From NCBI GenBank assembly GCA_049724395.1, contig JAUGWO010000120.1, forward strand, positions 62,001 to 126,000: a stretch of DNA of 64,000 bases, written 5' to 3'. Of this stretch, positions 25,885 to 39,099 are shown piece by piece; the stretch's first letter is position 1, and each line of letters starts with the position of its first letter. Position numbers and translations under genes: made by a program. The notes below the pieces were generated by a model. It ran no database searches and had not been told where the DNA came from. It was given only the letters and a program-made list of their open reading frames with translations. This stretch comes from Spongospora subterranea f. sp. subterranea (lineage: Eukaryota).

Positions 25885-27196
25885 ATGGAGAATCAGGTTG
25901 GTAGCGACATAGAACCCGACCAACAACCCCAAAAGTCTATCCTTTCAATAACAGAGCGTCAATCAGTTTATCAAGCGTTGCTGACCACGTTGAAAAATGG
26001 CCGTCCCGCGAAAGGATCCTTCAACGACATTGCCAAGCGATTTAATGTGAATTGGAAAACAATAAGTCGAATTTGGAAGCAGGCTAATGCATCGCTGAGT
26101 ACTGGAGAATTGGTTCCGAACTTGAAAACACGTCACAAAGGAAAAATCCCGAAAAATCGTGACATTACCAATATCGTCAGTGAAGTCCCACTAAGTCGCC
26201 GCAGTACGTTACGCTCGCTGACGGCTGATACAGGCGTGCCAACGACTTCTCTTTGGAGAAAACTGAAGGAGGGGTCGATCCGGCGACATTCGAACTCCAT
26301 CAAGCCACTTCTAACCGAGCAGAACAAAATCGCTCGTCTTAAGTTCTGCGTGGCAATGATGGAAACACCGTCTGCCTTTGGCAAAATGTATGATGTCGTC
26401 CACGTTGACGAGAAGTGGTTTTACATGACCAAGGCCAGCAAGCGCTTATACCTTGCGGAAGGAGAGATCGAACCTCTTCGGAGCTGTAAATCCAAGCGCT
26501 TTATTGAGAAGGTTATGTTTCTGGCAGCGGTGGCAAGACCGCGATACGATCCCAACCAGAAAACAATGTTTGCTGGAAAAATTGAAATCTGGCCATTCAT
26601 CACGAAGGAGCCAGCTAAACGGAACAGCAAAAACAGACAGGCGGGGGAGTTGATCACTAAACCAGTAACCGTGACAAAGGAAATTTATTCAGAGATGCTC
26701 ATCTCGAAGGTTCTGCCTGCAATACGAAACCAGTGGCCACGTGGCAGCGTGAATCGTCCCATCTTCATTCAACAAGACAACGCCAAACCGCATCTGTCAG
26801 TTGATGATCCAAGATTTGTCGAGGCAGCAAGCGCTGAGGGTTTCGACATTCGTCTGCGCTGTCAGTCGCCGAACAGCCCCGACATGAACGTGTTAGATTT
26901 GGGATTTTTCAACGCCATACAGGCACTGCAACACCAAAATGCTCCCAAAAATGTAGACGAGTTAATAGCTGCAGTAAACAATGCGTTTGTTGAGCTGGAT
27001 ATGAAAAAACTTAACTACGTTTTTCTAACTCTGCAGCAATGCATGATCTTAACGATGAACCAGAATGGCGGAGAACAGCTACAAGCTGCCACACATGGGC
27101 AAAGAGAAGTTAGAACGCGCAGGAGAATTACCCTTGGTTTTCGATGTCGATCCGGAACTTGTCGAGAGCGTCAAAGCCCAACTTTCCACAGCATAA
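25885..27196 (+). pseudogene. DD39D mariner transposase, near full length, frameshift near 27070
   Basis: VHVDEKW, QQDNAKPH, SPNSPDMNVLDLG with 39 residues between the 2nd and 3rd Asp. The natural tail (YKLPHMGKEKL...) is in another frame. Confidence 0.92.
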
Positions 27197-27382
27197 ACCG
27201 CAAACCTCTTTGTTGCCATACCATGTTTCATCTTTATTGCCATGAGTCGTTATAGCAGCTTCCTACACCCTGTTTCATCGTTAAAAACACACGTCTCTGC
27301 TATCAAATGGGACAATTCAAATGGAACAAACTAAAAACCCGGTACCGGACAGTTTCAACGGAACAGAGGGAGTATTACCGTA

Positions 27383-29407
27383 CAGTGAAACCTCCATATA
27401 AGGTTCAGCCCATAAAAGGTACAGTTCCATATATGGTACGTTTTTTTCAAAATAGCAAACCCCCGGATTTTCCATAATAAAACCTCTCTATAAAAAGTAC
27501 AAACTCTGTTAAGTACGCAAAGTACACCTCGGTGTCTGAAACAAAAAAACGTAAACTGGTCGATCTGAGCACAAAGCTTGCCATCCTCAAGTACATTGAC
27601 GATGGGCACAGCATCCGAGCAACAGCTGAGAAGTTCTCTCTATCCAAAGGAACTGTTCAAACAGCGAAGCAGAGCAGGAATTCGTTGCTAAAAGAAGCAG
27701 AGAGCAATCGTGCGCTCTCCAAAGCCAGAATAGTCCGGCAGAGCGACATTAACCTCATTTTATGGAGATGGTTTTCAACAGCAACAGCGCGTGGTTATCC
27801 GATAAGTGGTCCCATTCTGCAAGAGAAAGCTAAGCAGATCTCAACTCGACTGGGAATTAAAGCCAACGATTTTTTAGCCTCAGAGGGTTGGCTGCAAAAA
27901 TGGAAACAGAGGAACAATGTGCGGTCGTACAAGGTATGTGGAGAATCGGGAAATGTAGATCTCCTTCGCGCGGAACATTGGAAAACGTCATTAGCGGCGA
28001 CGATGGCAGGATATGATCTCAAGAACGTATTTAATATGGACGAGACAGGCTTCTTCTTCCGAGCCTTACCAGACTCAACATTGAACATGTCTCTCAATCA
28101 TGTAAGGGGGGAAAGCAAGGCAAAGACAGAATAACTGTAGCTCTTACTTGTTCAGCCATGGGCGAGAAACTCCCCCTTTGGATAATTGGAAAGTCCAAAA
28201 ATCCTCGCGCTTTCAGGGGTGTCGATATGAGCAAATTCAAAGCAACGTATTCAAACAGTGCAAAAGCCTGGATGACTAATCCGCTGATCAATATTTATTT
28301 ACAGGAGCTGGACGAGTTCTTTAAACGACAAGGCCGAAAGGTTCTACTCTTTTTGGATAATGCCCCTGTCCATATCGTCGACGAAGCCACAAATCTGACA
28401 AATATCGAGCTTCGCTTTTTTCCACCCAATCTCACCTCCGTTCTACAGCCGCTTGATGCTGGCATTATCCGCAGCGTGAAAGCTTTGTCCCGAAAATTCG
28501 AAGTGCTTACCCTGCTTGAATTAATGCAGGACTCGTCGGTTCATGTATCAGATCTTGCCAAAACCTTGACCGTTCTGGACGCGATCAAGTTCTTGGAAAG
28601 GTCATGGGACCTTGTCAAAGAGGAGACTATCCAAAAATGTTTCGCCAAATGTGGATTTGTAATTCCGACGGTTCATGAGCAAGGTACCCCAGAAGTTTTG
28701 GAGCAAGAAGAGGAACTTGCTTCTTTGGCTGAAAGGGTCGGTATTGACAGATCTCTAATTGTTGTTGAAGAAAACTTACCAGAACGCGAGATTGAAGAAG
28801 AAACAAACCTCATTGGACAGTTAGTTGATGAATTTAATAATGCTTGCAGTGAAGACGAAGTGGAGGAAATCGCAAATGATATCGAAGAAACTGAACCCCA
28901 ACAACCAAAAGTGATTTCAACTGTCCAGGCAAAAGAAATGCTCACGGATTTGATCGCCTTCGCAAAAGCCAAATCGCTGTTCAAAGAGGAGATGGATTTG
29001 AAGGCGTTGAAGGCTACAATTCATTCTCTTTATCTTTCAAGTCTTAGACAGCCAGCAATTCATCAGTATTTTCAATAAATTCAAGCCAATTCCTCCTTTT
29101 CTGTACACCACATTCGGATCGCCCAATAAATAGTGGAATATTGATGAACCGACGCCTGTATTAAGTCGAGCAGGGTAAGCACATTCGCGACAAAGCTTTC
29201 GCGCTTCGGATAATGCCAGCATCAAGCGGCTGTAGAACGGAGATGAGATTGGGTGGAAAAAAAACAGTCACGACACGTGGGCGCGACCCCGTGTGCGCAG
29301 CCCCTTGCGCGGCCGCGCATTCCGCATTAGGTACACACCACTCCATAAGGTACAAAATCAATCGATTTTGGAGCAAATTGGGTGTACCTTATATGGAGGT
29401 TTCACTG
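27383..29407 (+). mobile_element. pogo/Tigger-like DNA transposon, near complete; transposase 27532-29078 with a frameshift near 28100
   Basis: 21-bp TIRs cagtgaaacctccatataagg / ccttatatggaggtttcactg with TA on both sides. CENP-B-type HTH (GYPISGPILQEKA, ASEGWL), FNMDETG, FLDNAPVH, PPNLTSVLQPLDAGII. Confidence 0.95.
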
Positions 29408-29926
29408 TATTGTCATCTACGGTACGTGACAAGACTGGCGGATGGAAAGGCTTCTGTACGCCAGTAGGGGGCACTGTTTTCTACCGCGCGCGGTTCAACC
29501 GCGCAATAGGGTACACTAATTACTGTGACACAGTCAAATTATTGCAAAACTATATCGCACAGTGCGCTCCATAGACCTTCAGTATTGGTTTCGGATCTCT
29601 CGAAAACTGGTTAACTATGATATGCCGAGACGTCTTTTCGAAAGCGTCAACATAAAATGCACTGTGAGTTCTTCGGAAAGACTCCATAGCAAACTACTCT
29701 ATTTTTTTTCATGTTCAAATGGAGGATCAGCATTTGTATTAAACTTGCTCGAGCATGTATTATGTAAACGATATTCTTTCAAGGCACGCAAAATAGATGA
29801 ATGAAACACTTAACATCATGTATTTTTTATAATTTTGTTCATCCTTCGGCACAATGTACTTTGATATTTTCAATGCACTCGCAGTGCGTTCGATTTTGAC
29901 GCTTTGGAAAAAGACGTCTCGGGACG

Positions 29927-32720
29927 GAACAATTACTGATTACAAGTATTGATAAACGATTATGACGCCAAAAGCTATTGGTACACCTCGCATCAACAGA
30001 GGCATTATTGCCTGGATAAACATCACCGGACGCGCGAATTTGCGATGAACAACCACTGATTACAAGTAATAATGAAGACAAAACAGCTATTGGTATACCT
30101 CGCATTAACAGAGACATTATCGTCTGGAAATAATTTGGGCCCCGATCGGATCCGGATACTATCCGGTATCCGGTATCCGAGAAGTGCCTCGGATCGGATC
30201 TCGGATTTGACCCTGTATCCGATCCGAGTATCCGACGGTCATATATACACTTTGAATGTTCCTCTTGCCTGTCATTAGGATTCCCTCATGGCTCAGAGGA
30301 ACTCAAAGAAAAGAATGGCATGCGATCCTGTTCGCGCCCGCAACTCTCAATCGTCCGCGTACTCGTTCCGCCGAACCTATCTGTTCCAGTCGCCCACAGC
30401 GATCACGCCCTTCCACTGGAGGCAACCCGGCGGGCCCGTCTTCTGGGTCTGGCACAGAATCAGAGGAGTCTTATGTCGAAGACGTGGTTGATGTAATTTC
30501 TGATCCGATTTTATCAGCAAGATCTGGTACTTCCGAAAATAACCTTGATCCTCCAAGTGGCTCCAAGAATAACATTCAACAACCACAAGGAACGGTTCAT
30601 CAGCATATATCTCGCTGCGATAGCGACGGTAATATACGTTTTTCTTGTAACTATTGCAAGAAACAATGGATATATACAGAGGAGGAGTTTAAAAGACGTG
30701 GATCCAGCACGAGTAATCAGTTGAAGCATGTGCGAACTGTGCATTCCAGACATTTCAATGGAAATACAGCAGTCGGCCCCATGGATGGTTACATTGCAAC
30801 CACGTCTGAGATAGAAAAGCGACTCGCTACGAATGTTCATATTTCTGATGATTTAATTCGCGAAGGGATTGAAAATTTTGTCATGGCCGAGATGGAACCG
30901 TTTACTTTGGTGGAATCCGAAACATTTCTTACTCTTCTCAAACTATGCATCAAGTGTAAACAAGAGAATGTCTTTATCCCAAAAGCTGATGCGCTTAAAA
31001 ACGGGGTCATGAAACGAACGCTAAAGATGAAGGAAGACCTAAAGAAGAGTTTCTCCAATGCCAGTTCAGCCGTCCATCTTTGCCTCGACATGTGGACGTC
31101 GCCCAACATGTTCTCGTTCCTGGCAGTAACTGCTCACTTTATTGACTCCGATTGGAATCTGGTGGAACGATTGTTAACATTTCAGGATACCACCGATCAT
31201 ACCGGGGCCGGAATGGCGGTTTTAGTAAAGGAGACCATGGTAGAATTTGATTTTGCTGCGCGTTTGGGCTGCCTCACGATGGATAATGCGTCGAACAACG
31301 ACACTCTGGTCTCCGCTCTTTCTCAACATTTACAGGAAATTTCGACGAACGGCATTAACGGTATTCCAGCTAAATGGGATCCGATCCATTCAAGAATTAG
31401 ATGCCTTCCCCATGTCATAAACTTGGCAGCTCAGGCTTTTTTGAGAGCTTTTGGCGATGAAGACACGCTTTTGGTTTCTGACGACGATGTTCCAGATGTT
31501 TCTTCTTCTAAAATTTCAAAACGTTTGCGATATATTGTAAAGAAACTCAGGTCCAGTCCAAGTCAGCGGAAACAATTCCTTGGACAATGCGAATTGGCCA
31601 ACGTTGAAAGGCTTATGCTCATTTTGGATGTGAGAACGCGATGGAATTCAACCTTTTATATGATCCAACGAGCTGTTAAGGTGCGTTGTGGAATGCAAAA
31701 TTGGCTGCGAACTGATCCTGAGATTGGGCGAGCCAAGCTTGGCTGCATGCAGTTTTGTCAGGATGAATGAAAGCGTCTGGAACGTGTGTCTTGTTTATTA
31801 GAGATGTTCGAGAATGCAAGCAAATTGATGTCGGGAGAAAAATATCCAACACTATCTTTTGTAATGCCCATCTTCATCGAGCTTATCACGTTCATCGAAC
31901 GTCAAGTGCAAATTCCGCTGGATGATCCAATGTTAGGCCCACTGAATGCTGCCCATGCGGTTCTTGCCAAATATTATTCATTCACTGACGATTCGCATTA
32001 CTATCTTCTGGCTGTGCTGCTGGACCCGAGGTTTAAACAAAGTACCTGAAGCGAAAAGGCTTTGATATCGATTACCCAGGTCTCATCGAGCAAACCGTTG
32101 TTCTTTTGAAAGACCTGGTCAAAGCTATCCAAAGGTCGAAAGAGACTGGAGAAGAAACGTTATCCAACAATGTCATGTCAGATAACACGACGCTATTCAC
32201 TGACATGTTCGCGCATTGTTTCGCAGAAGCCCAGGGCCATATGAATGAAGTCGATACGTATTTGAGCCAACATTGTGAAGACCCCAATGTGGACCCTGTA
32301 TACTACTGGAAAGCGCACTCAATGCAATTTCCACTCTTGAGTATAGTGGCGAAAAATGTTTTGTCAATACCTGGGTCATCAGTAGCAGTTGAGCGTATCT
32401 TTAACTGCGGTCGTGATATGATCGGATTACGTCGCCAGTCTTTAAAACCAGAGACCATGTCAGCGTTGATGTTTAGAAGAAGCACCCTTAAGTCTCAATA
32501 AAAGATCTAAAATGTTCTCCGATGATTTGAAAATCGCCAATTGTATGGTCGGATACCGGATACCTATCCGGATCCGATCCGACTCGATCCGATCGGAGCT
32601 CATAAACATCACCGGACGCGCGAATTTGCAAAGAACAACCACTGATTACAAGTATTAATAAACGATTATTACACCAAAGCTAATGTAATACATCGTATTA
32701 ACAGAGGCGCTGTCTAATAC
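29927..32720. repeat. Degenerate ~120-bp tandem repeat (~3 units) interrupted by the hAT element
   Basis: gaacaaYYactgattacaagta...taaacatcaccggacgcgcgaatttgc recurs at ~29927, ~30047 and 32603-32720. Confidence 0.75.
30136..32602 (+). mobile_element. hAT DNA transposon; transposase disrupted by a stop at 31768-31770 and a frameshift near 32045
   Basis: TIRs tgggccccgatcggatc / gatccgatcggagctca with subterminal (t)atccg/cggat repeats. BED finger (CNYC...HVRTVH), LDMWTS, RCLPHVINL, DVRTRWNST and dimerisation motif PGSSVAVERIFN. Confidence 0.93.
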
Positions 32721-33091
32721 ATCCGACAACCGGGGAGAAACAGCGATTACTGATGAATCGTTATAGAGGAGTCAAAGTGAAGCACAGTATGCGATTAGAT
32801 TCAAAACCCTTTCCCATACAGCCATCTGAGCGACGGCAGCATAAGTGCTAGGCGATAGTTGACTAAACAAACACAGAGATAATTGAACCGTTAGTGACAG
32901 CATATGTAGAATACAATCACCACCTGGAAGATTGCATTGTTGAAACTGCAACAGAAGACACAAGAGAAGTAAGAGGAGAATGGACAGACTATAGATCCGG
33001 AACTTGATGAAGAGAGAACAGAACTAACAATCGATCGATCTGGCAAATGCCGTGATCCGCTACCCTCATCCACCGCGCTCAGTGCAAAGTA

Positions 33092-34479
33092 CTCCCTCTG
33101 TCCCGCAATATTTGTTAGGTTCACGGAAAAAAGTGGGATTAAGGAGAGATCAAGGATCAACCCAAGTGCGTTGTCGCCAATACTGCGCTCGTTGTACACT
33201 GAACAATCCCTTTTTTTTTACTGAAAATTATCTATTTTTGGCTGAAATATTGGCATCTAAAAATAGAGAATTTGGACATTAACTTTTGGAATCCCGGTCC
33301 CACGAAACTACATCTCCAATCCTCCCGTTCAACATCTTTAAGAAAGGTCGATGCCAGGACTTCGCAATTTGACCGATGATGAGCGTCAAGCTATTTACGA
33401 GGCAATTTTATCCAAGTCGAGGAACGGGAAACCTGTAAAGGGTGCTTTCACTGAGATTGCTGCTCAATTTGGAATGCATCCCTTGACTGTCAGCAGAATA
33501 TGGCATGCTGGGTAAAAATCCATTGCCGATGGGTCGATCTGTGCTAATGTTTCGTCGAAACGGAAAGGCAGATGCGGAAAAAATGCGACGGAAATTGATC
33601 ATGTCAAAATTCAAGCTATTCCTTTATCCCGGAGAGGTACCATAAGAACCCTTGCTGCTGCTATTGATGTGCCGAAAAGCAGGCTGCATAGAAAATTTAA
33701 GCAAGGGCAATTGAGAAGACATTCCAGCGCGATTAAGCCATTGCTAACAGAACCGAACAAAGTGCAGAGAATCGCTTTCGCATTGTCAATGATCAATCCA
33801 GACACAAATCCCCCGAAATTTCAAGACATGTTTGACTATGTTCATGTAGATGAAAACTGGTTTTACCTTACCAAAACCAAGGCCAATTACTACCTTTGTC
33901 TTGATGAACCAGAGCCTCTGCGAACATGTAAAAACAAAAGGTTTATCGAAAAAGTGATGTTCTCAGCGGCTGTGGCACGCCCAAGGTTTGATCACAGTAG
34001 GAACAAATTTTTTGATGGTAAGACCGGGATTTGGCCATTTGTTGTGAAAGAGCCTGCTCAGCGTAAAAGCAAAAACCGAGAAGCAGGAACCCTAGTGACA
34101 AAGCCGGCCATTGTTACGAAGGAAATCTACTCTGAGTTCTTGCTCAACAAAGTCCTTCCTGCAATTCGTGAGAAATGGCCACGACATCATGCTGGAATGC
34201 CCATCTATGTTCAGCAAGACAACGCCAAGCCTCACATTCGTGCAGATGATCCCGCCTTGTTGGCAGTATCTAGGTTAGATGGTTTTGATATTCGGCTTCG
34301 TTGCCAGCCGCCTAACAGTCCTGGGTTTCTTCAATTCGATCCAATCCTTACAGCACCAGTCACCTTCCAGGACTGTCGATGATTTGATTGCAGTTACCGA
34401 GAACGCCTTCGCTGACCTGTCCGAAACGAAGTTGAATTCCATATTCCTCACGCTCCAGCAGTGCTTGAAATTGTACTGA
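33092..34479 (+). mobile_element. Third mariner (DD39D-like) copy, 3'-truncated and frameshifted
   Basis: TA|ctccctctgtccc TIR at 33092; VHVDENWFY, QQDNAKPH and QPPNSP motifs. Confidence 0.88.
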
Positions 34480-37400
34480 CTTTGGAAAGTAAAGCCAGTG
34501 GTATAGGTGAAGGTCTGTAAACAAAGGTTTACAGAGGGCTGTACTAAGGGCTGGCTGTAGTACATTCGAGCAATGAATGTGACAAAGAATCGGTCCTGTC
34601 ACGCAAGAAACCTTTAAGTAATACAGGAACATCTGCCACGAGATTTGTAACAGGTTCCCAAGTTGATCGTCACCATCAAACCCTTTCCAAGCTACAAGGA
34701 TTTCTGGCTGATTTAGTTTCTTGATTTAGTCGAAGATCCTCGAAATGATCAACTTGATAACCGAAACTGTCGTGGGCAATCTGATTGTACAGATCTGCTG
34801 TCATTTCTAGTTTGGAATCATCGAAATAACGCATTCTTGCTACGTGCACTTCGGCTATATCTTGAGTTATATAGTCTTGTACCTTAAAAACAAAATTGTT
34901 AACAGAATCAACAATACGAAATGGACCCCGCCAATTTCCAATGAGTTTGTGCTGATGGTTTCGAGATAGGTTGTATGCGACGAGAACGTTATCCCCGATT
35001 TCGAAATTAATCGGTATAACATTTCTTTGATTCTCTCGAGAAGCGTGGCGTTGCTGTCTTTGCTTAGAAACATTTTCATCAACTGTACGATGAATTTGAT
35101 CAACGGCGTCTGAAAGGCTCTTAGTATCATCATGGATCTCTGAAGCAGACTTTGGTATGGTGAAAATGGATCGGGTAGATTCTACGAATGGCGTAGATAG
35201 TAAAGTTGTCGGTTCCAATCCCGTCATAATCGTAACTGGTGCGAAATTTATTCGTGGACGCACACGATGATTTAGGCTCATATTCACCAGCGACAAGAGG
35301 GACGGCCAGTCTTCAAACGAAAGGCGGAACTCTGATAGAAATGATTTTAAAATAAATAGAAGATGACGATTTCAACGGAACTATTCGCCCAGGGGAAATA
35401 CGTGGTTACGAAGTGATGGTTGATGTGTAGATGAGAGCACAATTCGTCGAGGACACGATTCTTGAAATGACTGCCTTGATCGGACACATGGGTATACACA
35501 ATGCCAAAACGCTTAAACCAATCCAGCAAAGAGGATACCACAACCGAATGATCGGCTGAAGTCGATGGAATGAGTTCAACAAAATTGCTAAAATCATCTT
35601 TTACAACAAGGACATAAGCGTACTTGTGCGACCACGATGTTTTTGGCTTCATGATAAATAAAAAATCATAGTGGATCACGTCATTTGGCTGAGACCCGTG
35701 TGTCGCATAGCCAAAGGGGCGAGGAACTACTTTTCCCTTCAAATGCACACAATGGAGGCACTTGTCAACAAAATTTTGAATGGATGTTTGAGCTGAGGGC
35801 CAAGAAAACAATTTCAAAATTGCTGCCTTTGTCCGCTCGAAATTTTGGTGCCCTGAGATTCCACAATGAGCAATGATACAAATGCGCAAACGAAGAGATT
35901 CGGTAGGCACCCAGATCTGAAGCGGAGATGAGGCTTTGCTCCAAAGCTTTAGCGACTCATCGAACTGGTATGTGTTTTTCAGGAATTGATTGTAGGTTAT
36001 CCGCTTGAGCCTGCGAAATTTCTTTTAAAGATGGCCAAACGAAATCTGGATTAGTAAGTGGTTGGCCAGTTGTAGTTGAGCGTAAGGTTAATACTTTCGC
36101 TTGAACAGGTTCAACGGGATGAGCACCCCATCGAGTAAACAGGTCCGCCCAAAGGTTTTCAGAACCATCAATATGCTCCATGACAAAGTTAAAATTTCGC
36201 AGTTGTAGTTGCCAACGCGCTAGGCGGTCAGCAGTATGACGCTTTGTCTCGGCGACTCTCGAAGTTGGATCAAAGATGTAAACTAGATTTCTGTGATCAG
36301 TGAAAATGTAAAAGGGTTTGTTGCGCAGCAGAAAATGCTTCAGTCGATGACAACCTTCTATAATGGGAAAAGCTTCCTTTTCAACGATCGGCCACCGCAA
36401 AGCGCTAGTGGTGAAAGTACCGCTGAGAAAACATAGTGGTTCGTGACCTTGTTCATTCCTTGGTTTACAAAGATCTTCGGGCGCAACTTGTGTCAAAACG
36501 ACTGACCAAAAATAGTCAGATGCGTCCGGAAAAAGATAGACTCCTTTATCGTCCTTGGGATGAGCTAACGTGACAATACTTTCGATAGCCTTTTTGAGAC
36601 GTTCAAAAGCAATCTCATGCTCACTAGTCCATAGCGAATCGGATAAATTCATCTTTCGTAATTGCATTTTTTGAGAACTGCCAATGCTTCTTTGACATAA
36701 CAACAACAACTCTTGTAGCGGTCCGATCAGTTCAGTGAATTTCGGGATACTGTTTCTCATCCAATTTAGGGCGCAGAGGAATTGTTGCGAATCAGCTGCG
36801 TTGGTTGGAATTGGCATATTACGGAGAGGGTTAATAACCTGAGGATCAAATGATATACCTTTCGCTGAAATTACTCTTCCTGTCCATGTGACATCCTTCA
36901 AAAATAATTCGCACTTTTGCGGATTAAGTTTAATGCCCTGAATAATTCGCCTAGGAGTGAATACTGCCTCATGAAACACGAAGACAAGTCAAAGGAACAG
37001 AATTCTTGCGAATCTGGATGAGTGGGATCTTGATGATGATAATGGCGACAATCAACAATCAATACAGAAGAATGGGGTGATTCACTTGATGATGATAATG
37101 GCGATAATCGACAATTAATACAGTAGGACCCGATGAATCTTAGATCTTGGCATTTTCCAAAGCCTGCTGTCCGCGAAGGGGGATCGAATTCCCTATACAG
37201 GATATGCTGGTTTGCCTCCAACTTCTTTAGCGTCCGTGTGTCAATCGTGATTCGGGAAGATCCGTTGTCGAGCTCGCATTTGATTGTCAGTGCGTCGTTC
37301 AAAATCAAGTCCAGGTGTTCGGGATGCGCCAAGACGGTAGGAGTGATTGTGCTCCTTTTGACTGTGGATTTTTGACATATCTGAATTCAGTGGTCACCCT

Positions 37401-38230
37401 TGCATATGAAACAGCCACAATTTGGGATCGGCAAAGATTTAAACGTTGTCTGACGTGATCTGGGATGTCTTTGGAATCATCGATAGACGACGATTGAGAG
37501 GTCACGTAGCTTTTTTCCAGGTCTGCTCGGCCGAGTCCTTGCGCTTTGACAATGGCTTCGTATTGCCGTTCGACGGATTGGGATTGGATTTTCTCCTCTA
37601 TATACGCTCGAACTTCTCTTGTTCAACGGCTGATCGAAGAACGAAATCAAACAACAGCGATTCGTCGAGCTCAGCCTTTTCCTCGCCACCCAACCTGATC
37701 GTGCGCTCCACAACTTCTTTCAGGGAGTCAGGGCGAAGACCATGGATCAAATAGCGCATTTTAGGCTTGCACTTCTTGCTATCGGTAGTGTCGAAAGCCT
37801 TCTCGAGTCCGAGGTCCTCGATTAGCTTGTCGAATTCAAAAATAGGTCAGAATGCCATCGTCTGCGTTCTTGATGGACATATTGACCATGACTTTGTTGT
37901 TAATCGTGGACTCGATGTCTGCAGCACTAGTCGACGCTAATATCGATCTGACTGCAACAAAATATGCTGTGATGTCAGCGTCGGAGACCTCATTCACAGC
38001 CTTCTTCAGCATGAACTTCGCAAGGCCGTTCAGCTTCTGGACAGGATTGCTGTTTTTCAGCGAGAAGTCGAATATGTTCTCGCCATGAGTCTCCCGCCTT
38101 CCTCGATCAGGCGCAAGTATAATTCCCGCTCGCGGCAGCCAATCTCCATTCACCATTACATGTCTCGCACAGGAAAGGACGGTGTTTTTGGTTTTTTATC
38201 GCTAAACATCTTCTATATTTTCAACATTCT
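34480..38230 (-). mobile_element. Degenerate Ty3/Gypsy element (gag, partial RT, RNase H, integrase, chromodomain-like end)
   Basis: LFPDASDYFWS, IVEKEAFPI, IFTDHRNL, integrase AHCGISGH...CLHC, VSDQGSHFKN, WRGPFRI. Most of the RT core appears deleted. Confidence 0.9.
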
Positions 38231-38397
38231 GCTGGTGTTGTTTTCCTTGGTTGTCGTGAGCCACCGTCACCCTTCAAAAGATTTCAAATTGGAAAAAGCC
38301 AATTCCTCGCATCAAAGCACTGCCCAACATTCATTCGATGGCGTCCACCGCCACCAAAGGTTATATGATCGCGAATTGGAAACTGGTGCCTTGCATC

Positions 38398-38567
38398 AAA
38401 ACAATGCCTTCTTCCGATGTCGTCAGCCACCGTCCACGTTCAGAAGATGACGAATCACAATTTAAAGCTAATTCTTCACATTAAAACAATGCCCAACGTT
38501 CTTCCGATGTCGTCAACCACCGTCCACGTTCAGAAGATGACGAATCCCGATTAAAAGCTGATCCCTC
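38398..38567. repeat. Tandem duplication, ~85-bp unit x2
   Basis: ttcttccgatgtcgtcaRccaccgtccacgttcagaagatgacgaatc is present twice. Confidence 0.85.
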
Positions 38568-39099
38568 GTCTTCCACCAATGCCCCACCTGATCATCTCCA
38601 TCTCGTAAACATATGGAAAATGATATCCGCCAACCCGACAAAGGCGTTCCTCTTTGTGATAATCTTACTCGTTATCCATGAATGTCTCCAACAGCACCCC
38701 ATTGGAGGGAGGTTGATACCCGGTACTGTTAAACAAATTATTCACGATGTCTAATTTTTAATATGATTATATCTGCATGTCCTAGTTGTCTCAATTGGCA
38801 TTCAAATATTACGCGTCTTCCGTCTGCCCGCAATGCCAAGTAATGTCCCAAAACACGTCACATCATATCAACAAACTAATTTTATTGATTCTGAATATAT
38901 AGGATTGTATCTGATCGTGGGCGTTTATCACATACGTGACGTTCTTTGTCTCTGGGCTTGAACCTTTTTTCAAGAGTTAGATTTTGAGGAATGAGTTCGT
39001 TTCGACAACAAATCGTTTGGGCCATGAACTGGATCCGGAAGAGTATATGTCATTTTAAGCAACTAATCTTCAGAACTACTCTTGACGGCAACAAGAACC

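Larger units (their letters stand above)
19883..27372 (+). mobile_element. DD39D mariner element with Stowaway-type TIRs, containing nested insertions
   Basis: 32-bp TIRs ctccctctgttccgttaaaactgtccggtacc (19883-19914) and ggtaccggacagtttcaacggaacagagggag (27341-27372), both flanked by TA. Confidence 0.92.
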
